From assembly GCF_006345805.1 (NCBI RefSeq), contig NW_021833646.1:1-56506 (forward strand): DNA of 56,506 nucleotides. The letters run 5' to 3'. The notes beneath the pieces are model-generated. The model was not told where the DNA came from and ran no database searches. It saw only the letters and a program-made list of their open reading frames with translations. A program made the position numbers and the translations under genes. This DNA is from Octopus sinensis. Its lineage: Eukaryota. Shown in pieces: positions 10,998 to 23,211 of this stretch. How positions within the stretch are numbered: position 1 is the stretch's first letter; each line of letters begins with the position of its first letter.

Positions 10998-12624
10998 GGG
11001 ACACCTTGTCTCCAGTAGCCAAATAGCTTAGACATTTTACAAAAAAAATCACTTAGGTAATTTGCGTAAGTTAAATAAAAACAAAAAGATCCAAGAGAAA
11101 TAACTCAGAGAGTCTAGTGACATGTATATGAACAACATAGACTAATACAGGTATATCAAACACTATACAATATTAATTTTTGATGTATTAAAATTATCTC
11201 CACTTTTAGAGACTGTGTCATAATTACCAATTGGCAATTGAAGGCCAGCTCCTTGAAAAGGGGAGATAATTTCAAGGATCAAGAAATGACTCAGAAAGGC
11301 TACGTAGTAATGTTATGTATTTGAACAATATTGACAAATACAGGTGTATCAAATATCATGCAACAAACAAGTAATTACTATAGGATTGACTGCGTACATT
11401 CTTTTTCATATAACTTGCTTTGTACCAAGTTGAAAGAACGTGATTATATAACGAGTCAGTTAACGATTGCTAATCGACATTTTTGTGTCAAATGCCGTTT
11501 TTATTTTTGTCAGATTGTTTTTGTTTTTTTTTCATAATTGTTCTGAAACCAAAAAAACCTTTTTAAATGAAAACAAACATTGGTAAATTCATAATGAAAG
11601 AATTTAAAACAAAAGTAACAATTTTTTTTTTCCCAAATATGGAAATGGGTATAATGCATTTTTCCTAAATTATATATACAAGTGTATATGTATACATATA
11701 TATTATATTTGCAAACAATAATTTGTAAGTTCTATATAAACCGCATATTTATATATTATGATAAAGATAATATTTGCTCAGTAATCAAATAAATGTTGCT
11801 AATGTTATAATTGGTAAGATTAGCAACGGCCAATCAATGAGGCGATGTAGAATTTGATTCCTATGGAGTTGGAATTAATAATATTGACTTTTGGAATGAT
11901 CAAAATAAATAAAAGAAGAACCCTTCCACTTGTCCTGTTTCTTCGGTTTTTGCTGGAAGACAGTGGAAGATTTATTGTTTAACATAATTTTGTGAAAAGA
12001 GATTTTTACTGTGAATTCTTTTTCCAACAAGAAGTTACTGCTTGTAATGTATAAAAACCCTTTCTATTTACCATCTGCGTGGATGGTGACTAAGATTAGC
12101 AAACCCCTTTATTTCTCACCGTCTAGCCATCTGGATACCAAGTCATGTGTGGCTGTTAATGAAAAACTAGTCATTAATTAGTATAGTAATTAATCTGCTA
12201 TAAGCCTACAATGAGGCTTATATATGCAGAAATAGCTTTACATGCTAAAAATAACAACCAAATTTCCCCTCAAATCACACTGTTGTCTAAAGAAAAATAA
12301 ACTTAACTAATCAAAAAAATAAATAAATAGCAGGGAAGATACATTGCATAATTTAGCTGTTGATAATTGAAATGGGATGGTCACAGCTGGAATGTCTTTG
12401 ATCTATTGGTCTGGGCTGACCTGGGGGTCTAAAATAAAAAAAAAAATGTGAAAAAATGTGAAATTATCTTTGTTTGTAATCTTTGTATTGGTACATATGA
12501 AGATTGTGTGTGTCTTGCATTGAGACTTTTTTTTTTTTAGCAGAGGCAAAACTGTTTTGTAATTTTCAGTTATTAAAGAAAAATTTAAAGATAACTAAAC
12601 TACAATCCTGACTCTGTTAAATCT

Positions 12625-12853
12625 CTTTTATTCTTTTACCCGTTTCAATCATTTGACTGTGGCCATGCTGGAGCACCGCCTTTAGTCGAGCAAATCGACT
12701 CCAGGACTTACTCTTTGTAAGCCTAGTACTTATTCCATCGGTCTCTTTTGCTGACCCGCTAAGTTACGGGGATGTAAACACACCAGCATCAGTTGTCAAG
12801 CGATGTTGGGGGGACAGACCCACAAACATACACACACACACACACACACATAC

Positions 12854-12898
<45 letters not shown>

Positions 12899-13058
12899 AC
12901 AGCTTCTTTCAGTTTCCGTCTACCAAATCCACTCACAAGGCTTGGGTCGGCCTGAGGCTATAGTAGAAGACACTTGCCCAAGGTGCCATGCAGTGGGACT
13001 GAACCCGGAACCATGTGGTTGGTAAGCAAGCTACTTCCCACACAGCCACTCCTGCGCC
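12625..13058 (-). mobile_element. tRNA/CORE-like SINE (family B, two parts around an internal microsatellite); representative copy
   Basis: Head GGCGCAGGAGTGGCTGTGTGG...GGTTCAGTCCC, then CACCTTGGGCAAGTGTCTTCTAC, (TA/CA)n, tail (AAAGAGT)n. Other copies at about 23462-23865, 30828-31198, 31210-31608, 34207-34660, 35043-35446, 38107-38516, 39223-39612, 45497-46138, 55090-55497. Confidence 0.88.
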
Positions 13059-13879
13059 TGTATGATTTTAAGTCAAACATATGGCTGAACATCATGCTAA
13101 CAAATGCCTTACAATATGCAGGGTTTGAAAATTCTTTGCCATCATCACCATCGTCCTCATCTTTTAATATCCAAGTACCATGATGGCATGTGTTAGATTA
13201 TCTGACAGGATGCAACTGGGCCAAGGGTCTGCATCATGTACCTGTGTCTACTTAGACATGGTCTTTGTGGCTGGACGCCCTTCCTAACTCCAACCATTTA
13301 ACAGAGAGTGATGGGTGCGTTTTTCTTTTTTTGTATGTGGCACCAGCACCAGTGAGGTTGCCATGCAGCTTGCAAGACCAGGCTTCCCTTTGACTCTGCT
13401 GTGAGGCTACAGTAGATAGGGAGATGGCATTATACTGAGAGAGAGAATTTAAAAGTATGAGACAGGGGACCAGAACAGAACAAATTTCTTGTTGAAGAGG
13501 AGCTGCATGGCTATTCACATTAAGAGAATGTGAGAGTGACTGGTAGGGTGGGGCTGGAAAGAGATGAAATAGTGGTGATGAGATGTCAGGGTGGATACTC
13601 AAGATACAAGGTGAGTAGAAGTGGATGAGGTTAGTTTTATAAAGAAGCGCTGATCACTCAATGTGAAAGAGGGAGACCCAAGAAGACGTGGGATGAAGTG
13701 GTAAAAGCTAATCCCAGGACTTTGAACCTCAGAGATGACGAAGACTGGGATGAATGGCGATATGCAATACTCAAGAACTGCCCGCCTTGGTAAAATTTGA
13801 ACTCAGAACGTAGCGATGGGTGAAATACTGCTATGTACTTTGTCTAGCGTGCTAACAATTCTGCCAGCTCACCAACCTT

Positions 13880-14225
13880 CATCATCATCATCATCATCAT
13901 CGTTTAATGTCCGTTTTCCATGCTAGCATGGGTTGGACGGTTTTGAGTGAGGGCTGGCAACCAGATGGCTGCACCAGGCTCCAATCTTGATCTGGCAGAG
14001 TTTCTACAGCTGGATGCCCTTCCTAAGGCCAACCACTCTGAGAGTGTAGTGGGTGCTTTTTACATGCCACCGACACAGGTGCCAGTGAAGCGACATTGGT
14101 AACGATCACGCTCGAATGGTGCCCTTTTACGTACCACGGGTATGGAAGCCAGTTGGCTGCTCTGGCAATGATCACGCTCATATGGTGCTCTTGACACCCC
14201 ACTAGCTTGGATGCCAGTCATCGAA
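13880..14225 (-). mobile_element. 5'-truncated RTE 3'-UTR copy (family A); representative of about 20 copies
   Basis: Same terminal module as 1862-2020 (CACCCACTACACTCTCGGAGTGGTTGGCGTTAGGAAGGGCATCCAGC...GGACGTTAAA(TGA)n). Other copies at about 14973, 17145, 18070, 20884, 22440, 24065, 27843, 28985, 29775, 30445, 32170, 36775, 38865, 41005, 44748, 48900. Confidence 0.88.
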
Positions 14226-14277
14226 ATGATTTTGATAACCTTGATAACAGAATAATAAAAACCAATGAATTTCAAAG

Positions 14278-14283
14278 TTTATT
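14278..14283 (-). promoter_or_regulatory. Probable ORC3 polyadenylation signal AATAAA
   Basis: AATAAA on the minus strand about 75 nt after the stop codon. Confidence 0.5.
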
Positions 14284-14358
14284 ACAGCTTATTTTATATA
14301 AAATATAAACAAATAAAATATCTGAGTTTATCCAGCATGAAAGAAAAGATGTTTAGAA

Positions 14359-14464
14359 TCAACACCCGCCCCATGTTAACCGAGCCACATGATCAGTTTT
14401 CTGGCGTGTGGGCTTGATGAATCCTAGGAACTGTAATTCCGAAATGGCTTGAATAAAACGAGCT
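14359..14464 (-). CDS. ORC3: ORC3 exon 20 ([34 protein letters not shown])
   Basis: ttaccag|AGCTCG ... TGA at 14361-14359; characteristic ORC3 C-terminus. Confidence 0.97.
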
Positions 14465-17400
14465 CTGGTAAATAAAGTTAAAGAAATCACAAAGTAACCA
14501 AGAGATTAATAAACAAAAAAGACCATGATGACAAGGTTGTCAGAAATTTCGACCACAGCCAAGTTCAATGCTCCACTCATTCCTATCTGCTACATACCCT
14601 AAACCTTTATCATTCAGATTACCCTGTCTAATTACTTATTTATTCACATTGTCTTGGGTCAAGGTGATCCATAACATGTCTGTCGGTGGCCAATTCGGCA
14701 ACATGTTGAAGCCATTCTCGAAGTCCGACCCTTGACCTCACCATGGAGGAAAGGTTAAATGAGTGTCAGAGCAATACCAGCAGGGACTAGGGTCACCCAA
14801 TGCAGAGAGGTCTGACACCAGTGGTGCTAGGGCCACAACCCAGCTAACTGGAGGCTAATGGTGAATTCCAGGCAGCATCTGTTCTAGAATCCAGCAGCTT
14901 CCTGGTGGTGTAGGATCATGTCTGCAGGTATCCTGTGGTGAGAAGGCACAACACAGGGATGACCTGTATGGTCATCATCATTTAATGTCCGCCTTCCATG
15001 CTAGCATGAGTTGGATGATTTGACTGAGGTTTGGCGAACCAGACTCCAATCTGATCTGGCAGAGTTTCCACGGCTGAATGCCCTTCCTAACGCCAACCAC
15101 TCCGAGAGTGTAGTGGGTGCTTTTACGTGCCAGTCAGGCGGTACTGGCAACGGCCACGCCCAAATGGTGCTTTTTACGTGCCACCTGCACAGGAGCCAGT
15201 CCAGCGGCACTGGCAACGACCTCGCTCGAATATTTCACATGCCACCAGCACAAGTGCTAGTAAGGCGACACGGTAACGATCACGCTCGAATGGTGGCTTA
15301 CGAATACAGAGAGGAACTGTTTTTGCAGACTCTGATCATCCCTTGAATCTCCCATGAACTCACAACAAAACAACAACTATATATAAAGACAGGATGGTCA
15401 TGACTGGAAAAGTTCTGATCATAAGTCAGCTCAATCGGAGTCGACCTGGGGTTAAACAACACATACACACACACAAACTTCAAATAAAGGATACTGTAAT
15501 ACTTTGTGTTGGTCTTTACGTTTCGGTTTGTTTTCAGAATCTTCAAGAACAGTAATAAATGACTGTAATATAATCATAAACTTTAATTAAAACAAACACA
15601 CCACTGAATTAATTAATCAAAAATGTTTCAGAATTGTTTTTATGTTGTTTGGTAAAACACAAGCAATAAATAGCCAAATTAATAAAGATGGCACAAAAAA
15701 AAAAAAAAAATTATATAAAAAAAAACCGACAAAGTAAAAACAAAAAAAGGGTATTTGGCTGATGCTCAGGAAAATTGGAAGATGTCTTTGATATTTTAAG
15801 CAAATGTTTTTCAATGGAAAGAGAAATATAAAGAGTAGAGAGTAAGTGCGTCTCAATTAGACGGTCACTGCATGCTGCTGTTTTACTATGGAAATCAGAT
15901 ATATCCACTGAAAATTTCCTTACCCTTAACTGCAGAAAGTAGTTTTATAGGCGCAGGAGTGGCTGTGTGGTAAGCAGCTTGCTTACCAACCACATGGTTC
16001 CGGGTTCAGTCCCACTGCGTGACACCTTGGGCAAATGTCTTCTACTTGTACACTCTGCAAAATGGTTGGCATTAGGAAGGGCATTCAGCAATAGTATCCA
16101 TGCCAGAAAAGACACAGAGGCTGGCCAGCTCCTATCAAACCGTCCAACCCATGCATGCATGGAAAACATTAAATGACAATGATGATTTCTGTTTGGGTAG
16201 AACCTTTATTTCTTAACGCCATACAACTCCACCAACTTACAACTTATGATGATAGCTTTTGATTCCATATTTTACCAAGAAAAAGTAGACCATTAGTAAT
16301 ATTTAATCCAATCCATATAAAGAGAGTTGGAGGCGCAATGGCAGTGGTTAGGGCAGCGGCATTGCGGTCAGAGGATCGTGGTTTTGACTCCCAGACTGGG
16401 CGTTGTGAGTGTTTATTGAGCAAAAACACCTAAAGCTCCACGAGGCTCCGGCAGGGGGTGGTGGCGACCCCTGTTGTACTCTTTTGCCTCAACTTCCTCT
16501 CACTCTTTCTTCCTGTTTCTTGGGTAACACTGCAATGGACTGGCATCCTGTCCAGCTGGGGGAGAACACATATGTCACAGAAACCGGGCCCATGTGCCTG
16601 GCTAGGCTTGAAAAGGGCTCATAAATAATAGAAAATAAAGAGAGAAGTGGAAACATGAAATAAAAATCTTACTTACTTGTAACCAATCATATAAATTGAT
16701 TAAACGTCCACATTCAAGATGTAGTTTATATGCAACACAAACATCTGGGAAAGAAGACAGAATCACTCCGGGGTCAGCTTCACAGCAAGAACACTATATA
16801 AAAATGAAAAGATGTGGCAAAGTTAAGAGAATGTAATCCTTTCTATTTAAAATTGTTTTTTTCCCCCCAATAAAATAAGTTTTTAATTATTAATGGTGAG
16901 ATAATATGGATATAGAAATATTACATTTTTAAATATCTCAGAGAGATATAAGCAGTGAAGCGTTGATGCTTCCTAAGGTTAAATAGCAGTGGTGTGATTC
17001 CCTTCATGGGACTGTCACATTAAGTTGACAGTATACAACTACTCTATCGTACCACCACTGCTGATATCTCTCTGAGATATTTAGAAATGTAATATTTCTA
17101 CTTTTGTAATCAGTGGATTTATTTCACTAGAATTATTATATGTTTACGAGGCTTCCGTACCCGTGGCACGTAAAAGGGCACCATTCGAGCATGATCGTTA
17201 CCAACGTCGCTTCACTGGCACCTGTGTCGGTGGCACGTGTAAAAAAATTCGAGCGAGGTCATTGCCAGTACTGCCTGACTAGCCTCTGTGCCGGTGGCAG
17301 GTAAAAAGCACCCACTACACTCGCGAAGTGGTTGGCGTTAGGAAGGGCATCCAGCTGTAGAAACTCTGCCAGATCAAGAATGGAGCCTGGTGCAGCCATT

Positions 17401-20400
17401 TGGTTGCCAGCCCTCAGTCAAAACCGTCCAACCCATGCTAGCATGAAAAACGGACGTTAAATGATGATGATGAGGCCTAGACAAGCATCTGCAGCTAGCA
17501 AGCCATGCTACTCCAGACTGATGACGAGCAAGACTCAGAAACTAGTCTCTGGTTGCAGGCTTAGCTGGGTGAAGGTGCTTATCTCCCCTTTGTAAACATA
17601 AGGACACAGGCAATGTGTCAAGACCAACAGGAAGCACTGATGCTTCCTAGGGCTAAATAGCAGTAGAATGATTTCCTTCATGGGACTGTCACATTAAGTT
17701 GACAGTATACAACTACACTATGGATATATTTTCTTGGAAAAATTACTTTGCAGTGAACTTTCTTTATGGTAAATCGATGGTGGTGAACTTTCCCTGCGGT
17801 GAATTGATGGCAGTGAACTTACCTGTAATCAATGACAACGATGATGACGTCGACATATAAGAAAGACAGAAGATAACTTTAATACGTACTTTGAGATAGG
17901 AATGTGGTTGAGAGAGAGCTTTCTGGATGGCTGCTCGAGGACACACAGTAAAATAATCCTGTAATATTGGCAACGAATCATAGTAGAAGACTTCATGAAG
18001 TGGAATGCTTGAGGGACATTTCAAGAAGATCCTAGAAAACAAAAAAGCAGAAAAATAATATTTTCTCAGATCAACACGAGGCCAGAATTGAAATCAAATG
18101 AGGCAAATGAAATCAAAGTCGAAATCAAACTCGGTGACTGGCATCCATTGCTAGTGGAGTGCTAAGAGTACCATATGAGTGAGATCATTGCCAGAGCAAC
18201 AAGCTAGCCTTCATGCTGATGAAATGTTAAACACACCATTCGAGCGTGATCGTTACCGCGTCGCCTTACTAGCACTTGTCCTGGTGGCACGTGAAACATT
18301 CGAGCGAGGTTGTTGCCAGTGCCACTGGACTGGCTCCTATGCAGGTGGCACATAAAAAACACCATTTGGGCGTGGCCGTTGCCAGTACCACTAAACCGGC
18401 TCTCGTACTGGTGGCACGTAAAAGTACCCACTACACTCTCGGAGTGGTTGGCATTAGGAAGGGTATCCAGCTGTAGAAACTCTGCCAGACCTCAGTCAAA
18501 TCGTCCAACCCATGCTAGCATGGAAAGCAGATGTTAAATGATGATGATGATGATATTGTCATTTGAACTGGTTGTTAATTAATGATTCTTAACTTTCTAA
18601 CCCTGGTTAGCAAGACAGATAAAGTCCATAACAAGATTTGAACTCGGAATGCATAAGAGCAGAACTACTTAGAACCAAGTGCTGCACTAGTAATATAAAC
18701 TACAAATTTTCTGACGAGATATCCAATAAATGCAGGTGTGGTACAGGTGTAGGCATGGCATAGACGCAGGTGTAGCTGGGTGGTTGAGAAGCCTGCTTCC
18801 CAACCACATGGCTTTTGAGTGGCACCTTGGGCAAGTGTCTTCTACTAAAGCCCCCAGGCCGACCAAAGTCTTGTGAGTGGATTCGGCAGATGGAAACTGA
18901 AAGAAGCCCAGTGTGTATACACACACCCACACACATATTTATGTATGTGCGGATGTGAGAGAGTGTGTGTGTATGTGCGTGCGTGTATGTATATGCATGC
19001 ACACGCATGTGTGTGTATGTGCATGTATGTGCACATGTGTGTGTGTATGTGCGCATGTGTGTAGTGCACGTGTGTGTGTGTGTGTGTGTGCATGTGGATA
19101 TTTGTATCTCCTTTTCTTGAAACAACGGAGGGCAATGTAGTCCTACCTGAAATTGCTGTCCATATATGATATGATTTCTTCACGCAATTTCTCAAATGGC
19201 GACAGTTTCTTCTTTTTCTTATCCATTTCTTGCAAAGTCTGAAATAGATCAACATATAATCTTTTATCATCAAAACTTCCATGCTTCCTGAGATTCTCCA
19301 ACACTACACCTGATTTTCTCCCCTCCATACACACGCAAGCATGTATCTGACTCATACATTGTTCGCTTTCCAGACATTTGTACATTACTGCATATGCTTT
19401 ATACACACTTTTGACAAGTCGTGGTGCACCTGAGCACTGTATACAATAATTTCATTATTATTATTATTTATCTTTGCCTTTCATCCTTTCGGGGTCGATA
19501 AATGAAGTACCAGTTACACACTGGGGTCGATGTAATCCCTTTGTCTGTCTTAGTTTGTCCCCTCTATGTTTAGCCCCTTGTGAGCAATAAAGAAATAAGA
19601 AAGAGGATATTAATGAGAAAGAGAGAGAGGGACATAAGAAGGGGGGGGGGGGCGAGTTAAACAGGAAGGGATCCAGTAACTAGCGTACATGACTAATTAA
19701 CTGGCACTTCATCAGTTACAATAGTGTTTCAGTTGATCCAATCAACAGAACAGCATGTTCATGGAATTAACATACACGTGGTTGAGTGCTCCATAGATGT
19801 CCATATCCTTAAAGTAGTTCTCAGGGAAATTCAGCATGACATAGAATGTGATAAAGCCAGTCCATTTGAAGTGCAGCCACTTCTCACTTTTGCCAGCTGA
19901 GTGGACTGGAGCAACATGTAGTAAAGTGTCTTGCTCAAGGACACAACACACAGCCAGGAATCGAACTCACGACCTTACAATTGTAAGCTGAATACCCTAA
20001 CCGCTAAGCCATGTGCCTTCTAGCCAGCATAAGAATGTGGGCAGGAGGTGTGGGAGGAAAGGGGGGCATGAAATGAAAGCGAGAAAGAAAGGGACAGGGA
20101 ACCAGAGGGGCTATGAAGAGAGGGTAGGGGGCAGACAGGAAAGAGATGAGAAAGTCAAGCGGGGCGGGGGGATGATGTAGCAGGGAGGACAGTGAGAGAA
20201 AGAGAGACTGGAGAGTATTAAAGAGGTCAGAGGAGGGGGTGGGGGAGAAAACAAGAGGCAAAGGATGAATATATTGCCAGCATCTCATGTGTGAGAAGCT
20301 GCAAGGAGGAGGAGATGACTGAAACTGATGAAGGGTCGGAGGAGCACTGGGTTGAATGCGGTAAGGGCATCTTAGCCGTCACACTTCTCTGTTTAGTGTT

Positions 20401-21349
20401 CCTTCTAGGAAAGCAGTTCTTAACTGCGGTTCTCATCATCATCAGTTCCAAAGTTTGACATTCCTATGTGAGTGTCTTGTGAGTGGATTTGGTAGATGGA
20501 AACTGAAAGAAGCCTGTCGTATATATGTATATGTGTGTTTGTGTATGTGTGTGTATGTTTTTGTGTCTATGTTTCTCCCCACAACATTGCTTGACAACCA
20601 ATGCTGGTGTGTTTACGTTCCGTAACTTAGTGGTTCGGCAAAAAGAGACCAATAGAATAAGTACTGGGCTTACAAAGAATAAGTCCTGGGGTCGACATGC
20701 TCAACTAAAGGCGGTGCTCCAGCATGGCCGCAGTTAATACTATTCAAAAGGCTTTGGCCAGACCAAGGCTATAGTGGAAGACACTTGCCCAAAGTGCCAT
20801 GCAGTGGGACTGAACCTGGAACCATGTGGTTGGGAAGCCAGCTTCTTACCACACAGTCATACCTGCATATATATATATATAAATAATCATCATCATCGTT
20901 TAACGTCCACTTTCCATGCTAGCATGGGTTGGACGATTTTGACTGAGGGCTGGCGAACCAGGCTCCAATCTTGATCTGGCAGAGTTTCTACAGCTGGATG
21001 CCCTTCCTAATGCCAACCACTCCCAGAGTGTAGTGGGTGCATTTTACAGGAGCCAGTCGGGCGGGCCTGGCATTGATCATGTTTGGACAGTGCTTTTTAC
21101 ATGCCACTGGCACAGGAACCACTCAGTGCACACTGGCACTAGCCATGTTCAGATGGTACTCTTTACGTGCCACCAGCACTGGAGCTAGTCAGGGGACACT
21201 GGCATCAACCACGTTCGGACAGTGCTTTTTACATGTCACTGGCACTAGAGCCAGCAAGGGGGCACTGGCATCACCATGTTAGCATGGTGCTTTTTATGTG
21301 CCACCAGTATAGGAGCCAGTCAGGGGCCACTAGGCACAGCTACGATTTT

Positions 21350-21392
<43 letters not shown>

Positions 21393-21584
21393 ACGTTATA
21401 TAATTAGGGTTCAGTAAAATAATTTACTTAACCACACACCAAACTTTTAGAAATAGCAGCCAAAAAATCTTAGCTATTTCTTCTACTATAAGAAAAACCT
21501 CCCAGACAATGCATACTAAAAAATAACTCACACAGGTATAGAGGGAAAAATAACGAAAGATCATAAGTACATAAGATTACCTGA

Positions 21585-21627
<43 letters not shown>

Positions 21628-22079
21628 AAATAAGAAAATGGAGAAACATATCTTAATCAATGATCAACTACCAGATAATACCCAATCACATAATTTATTA
21701 AACCACTACATATGAACATTTAGGTCAAACATAATAATATAGAACAAAACAATGTACATGAAAGAGTAATATGATACAATAAGTACAGTATGTATAAGTG
21801 AATATAAATAAATACAAATATAAATATAAACTACGTCTTACAGCTGTTTCGGCCATGCAGATATGGGTGTCTCATTATGCTCATATTAGCCATGTGTGAT
21901 AGGTCAATATGTAGTTGTAAATGAGACACTTACAAAAATATCCCAAGGCCTCTTCAGAGATTATGAAATACAAACTAAATTAAATATGAATATCAGAGGA
22001 GGTACACCCATACAAGAGTGGGTACATACCCATAATATATAATATACACATACATATGAGTGCATATACCCATACTCCT

Positions 22080-22115
<36 letters not shown>

Positions 22116-23180
22116 TTACTGGAAAATAGCAATCGAAATAAATACGACGCTATTGTATAGCTTCACTGCGTATATACTAGCAAAGACGCGTGTCCAACAA
22201 ACATGAAAAAAATTTGTCTTACCTCAAGGAAGGACATCTGATAAATGGACAACCTAGAATCAGATAATGCAGGACCGGTTTCTGACTCTTCAAATATGTT
22301 TGACAACGTAAATTTGATTAGTCTTCATCAGCTGCATTTACCTAGACAAAATTTCAAATGTTGCCATATCTATGCCAGTACACTCGTCTGAACGCCAAAA
22401 CATTAACAGAACGATAACAGTGAAGTTTCAATGAAAATAATAATGTGCCGGTGGCACATAAAAAGCACCATCCGAACGTGGCTGTTGCCAGCTGGCTTCC
22501 GTGCCGGTGGCACGTTAAAAGCTCCAGCCGATCGTGGCCAATGCCGGACCCCCTGGCACCTGTGCAGGTGGCACGTAAAAAGCACCCACTACACTCGCGA
22601 AGTGGTTGGCGTTAGGAAGGGCATCCAGCTGTAGAAACTCTGCCAGATCAGACTGGAGCCTGGTGCAGCCCCTGGCTTCCCAGACCCCGGTCGAACCGTC
22701 CAACCCGTGCTAGCGTGGAAAACGGATGTTAAACGATGATGATGATGATGATGAATGTATTGCTTTCCAGTAAAAGATAGCCCATAAGGGTAAAATTATA
22801 CATATAAAAATAAATACTAATAAAAAGGGTTCAGCAAAGAATTGCCTCACCACACACCGAAGTTCAGAAATAGCAGCCAAAAATCTTAGCCATTTCTTCT
22901 ACTTTAAAAAGGGTCTTCCAGAGAAACCAAAATATTTGAAGGTTATTCACACAGGCAGAGAGTAACGTAACGAAAATCAATTAATATTCGATCATCCATT
23001 GACGCGCGTTTCTGAATTAGGTTTTTTCATAAAGAATATTAAAAAATATACTTTTTATTAGTATTACTAAAATTTACCGTGTAACGGTCCTGTTTTCATA
23101 CCGAATTCTACTTGGTGAAATTTATTGATTACTTCTTAATTAATTAATTTTACCCTTTGTTATTATTGATATAAAAATAA

Positions 23181-23211
<31 letters not shown>

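Noticed and set aside
19239-19406. Upstream extension of exon 16 suggested by ORF 19143..19406
   Set aside because: No polypyrimidine acceptor upstream; the exon 15-16 join already matches ORC3
22223-22340. Possible extra ORC3 exon ending GAG|gtaaga, or a short plus-strand ORF (MDNLESD...)
   Set aside because: The protein is complete without it, there is no good in-frame acceptor, and the hammerhead explains the segment
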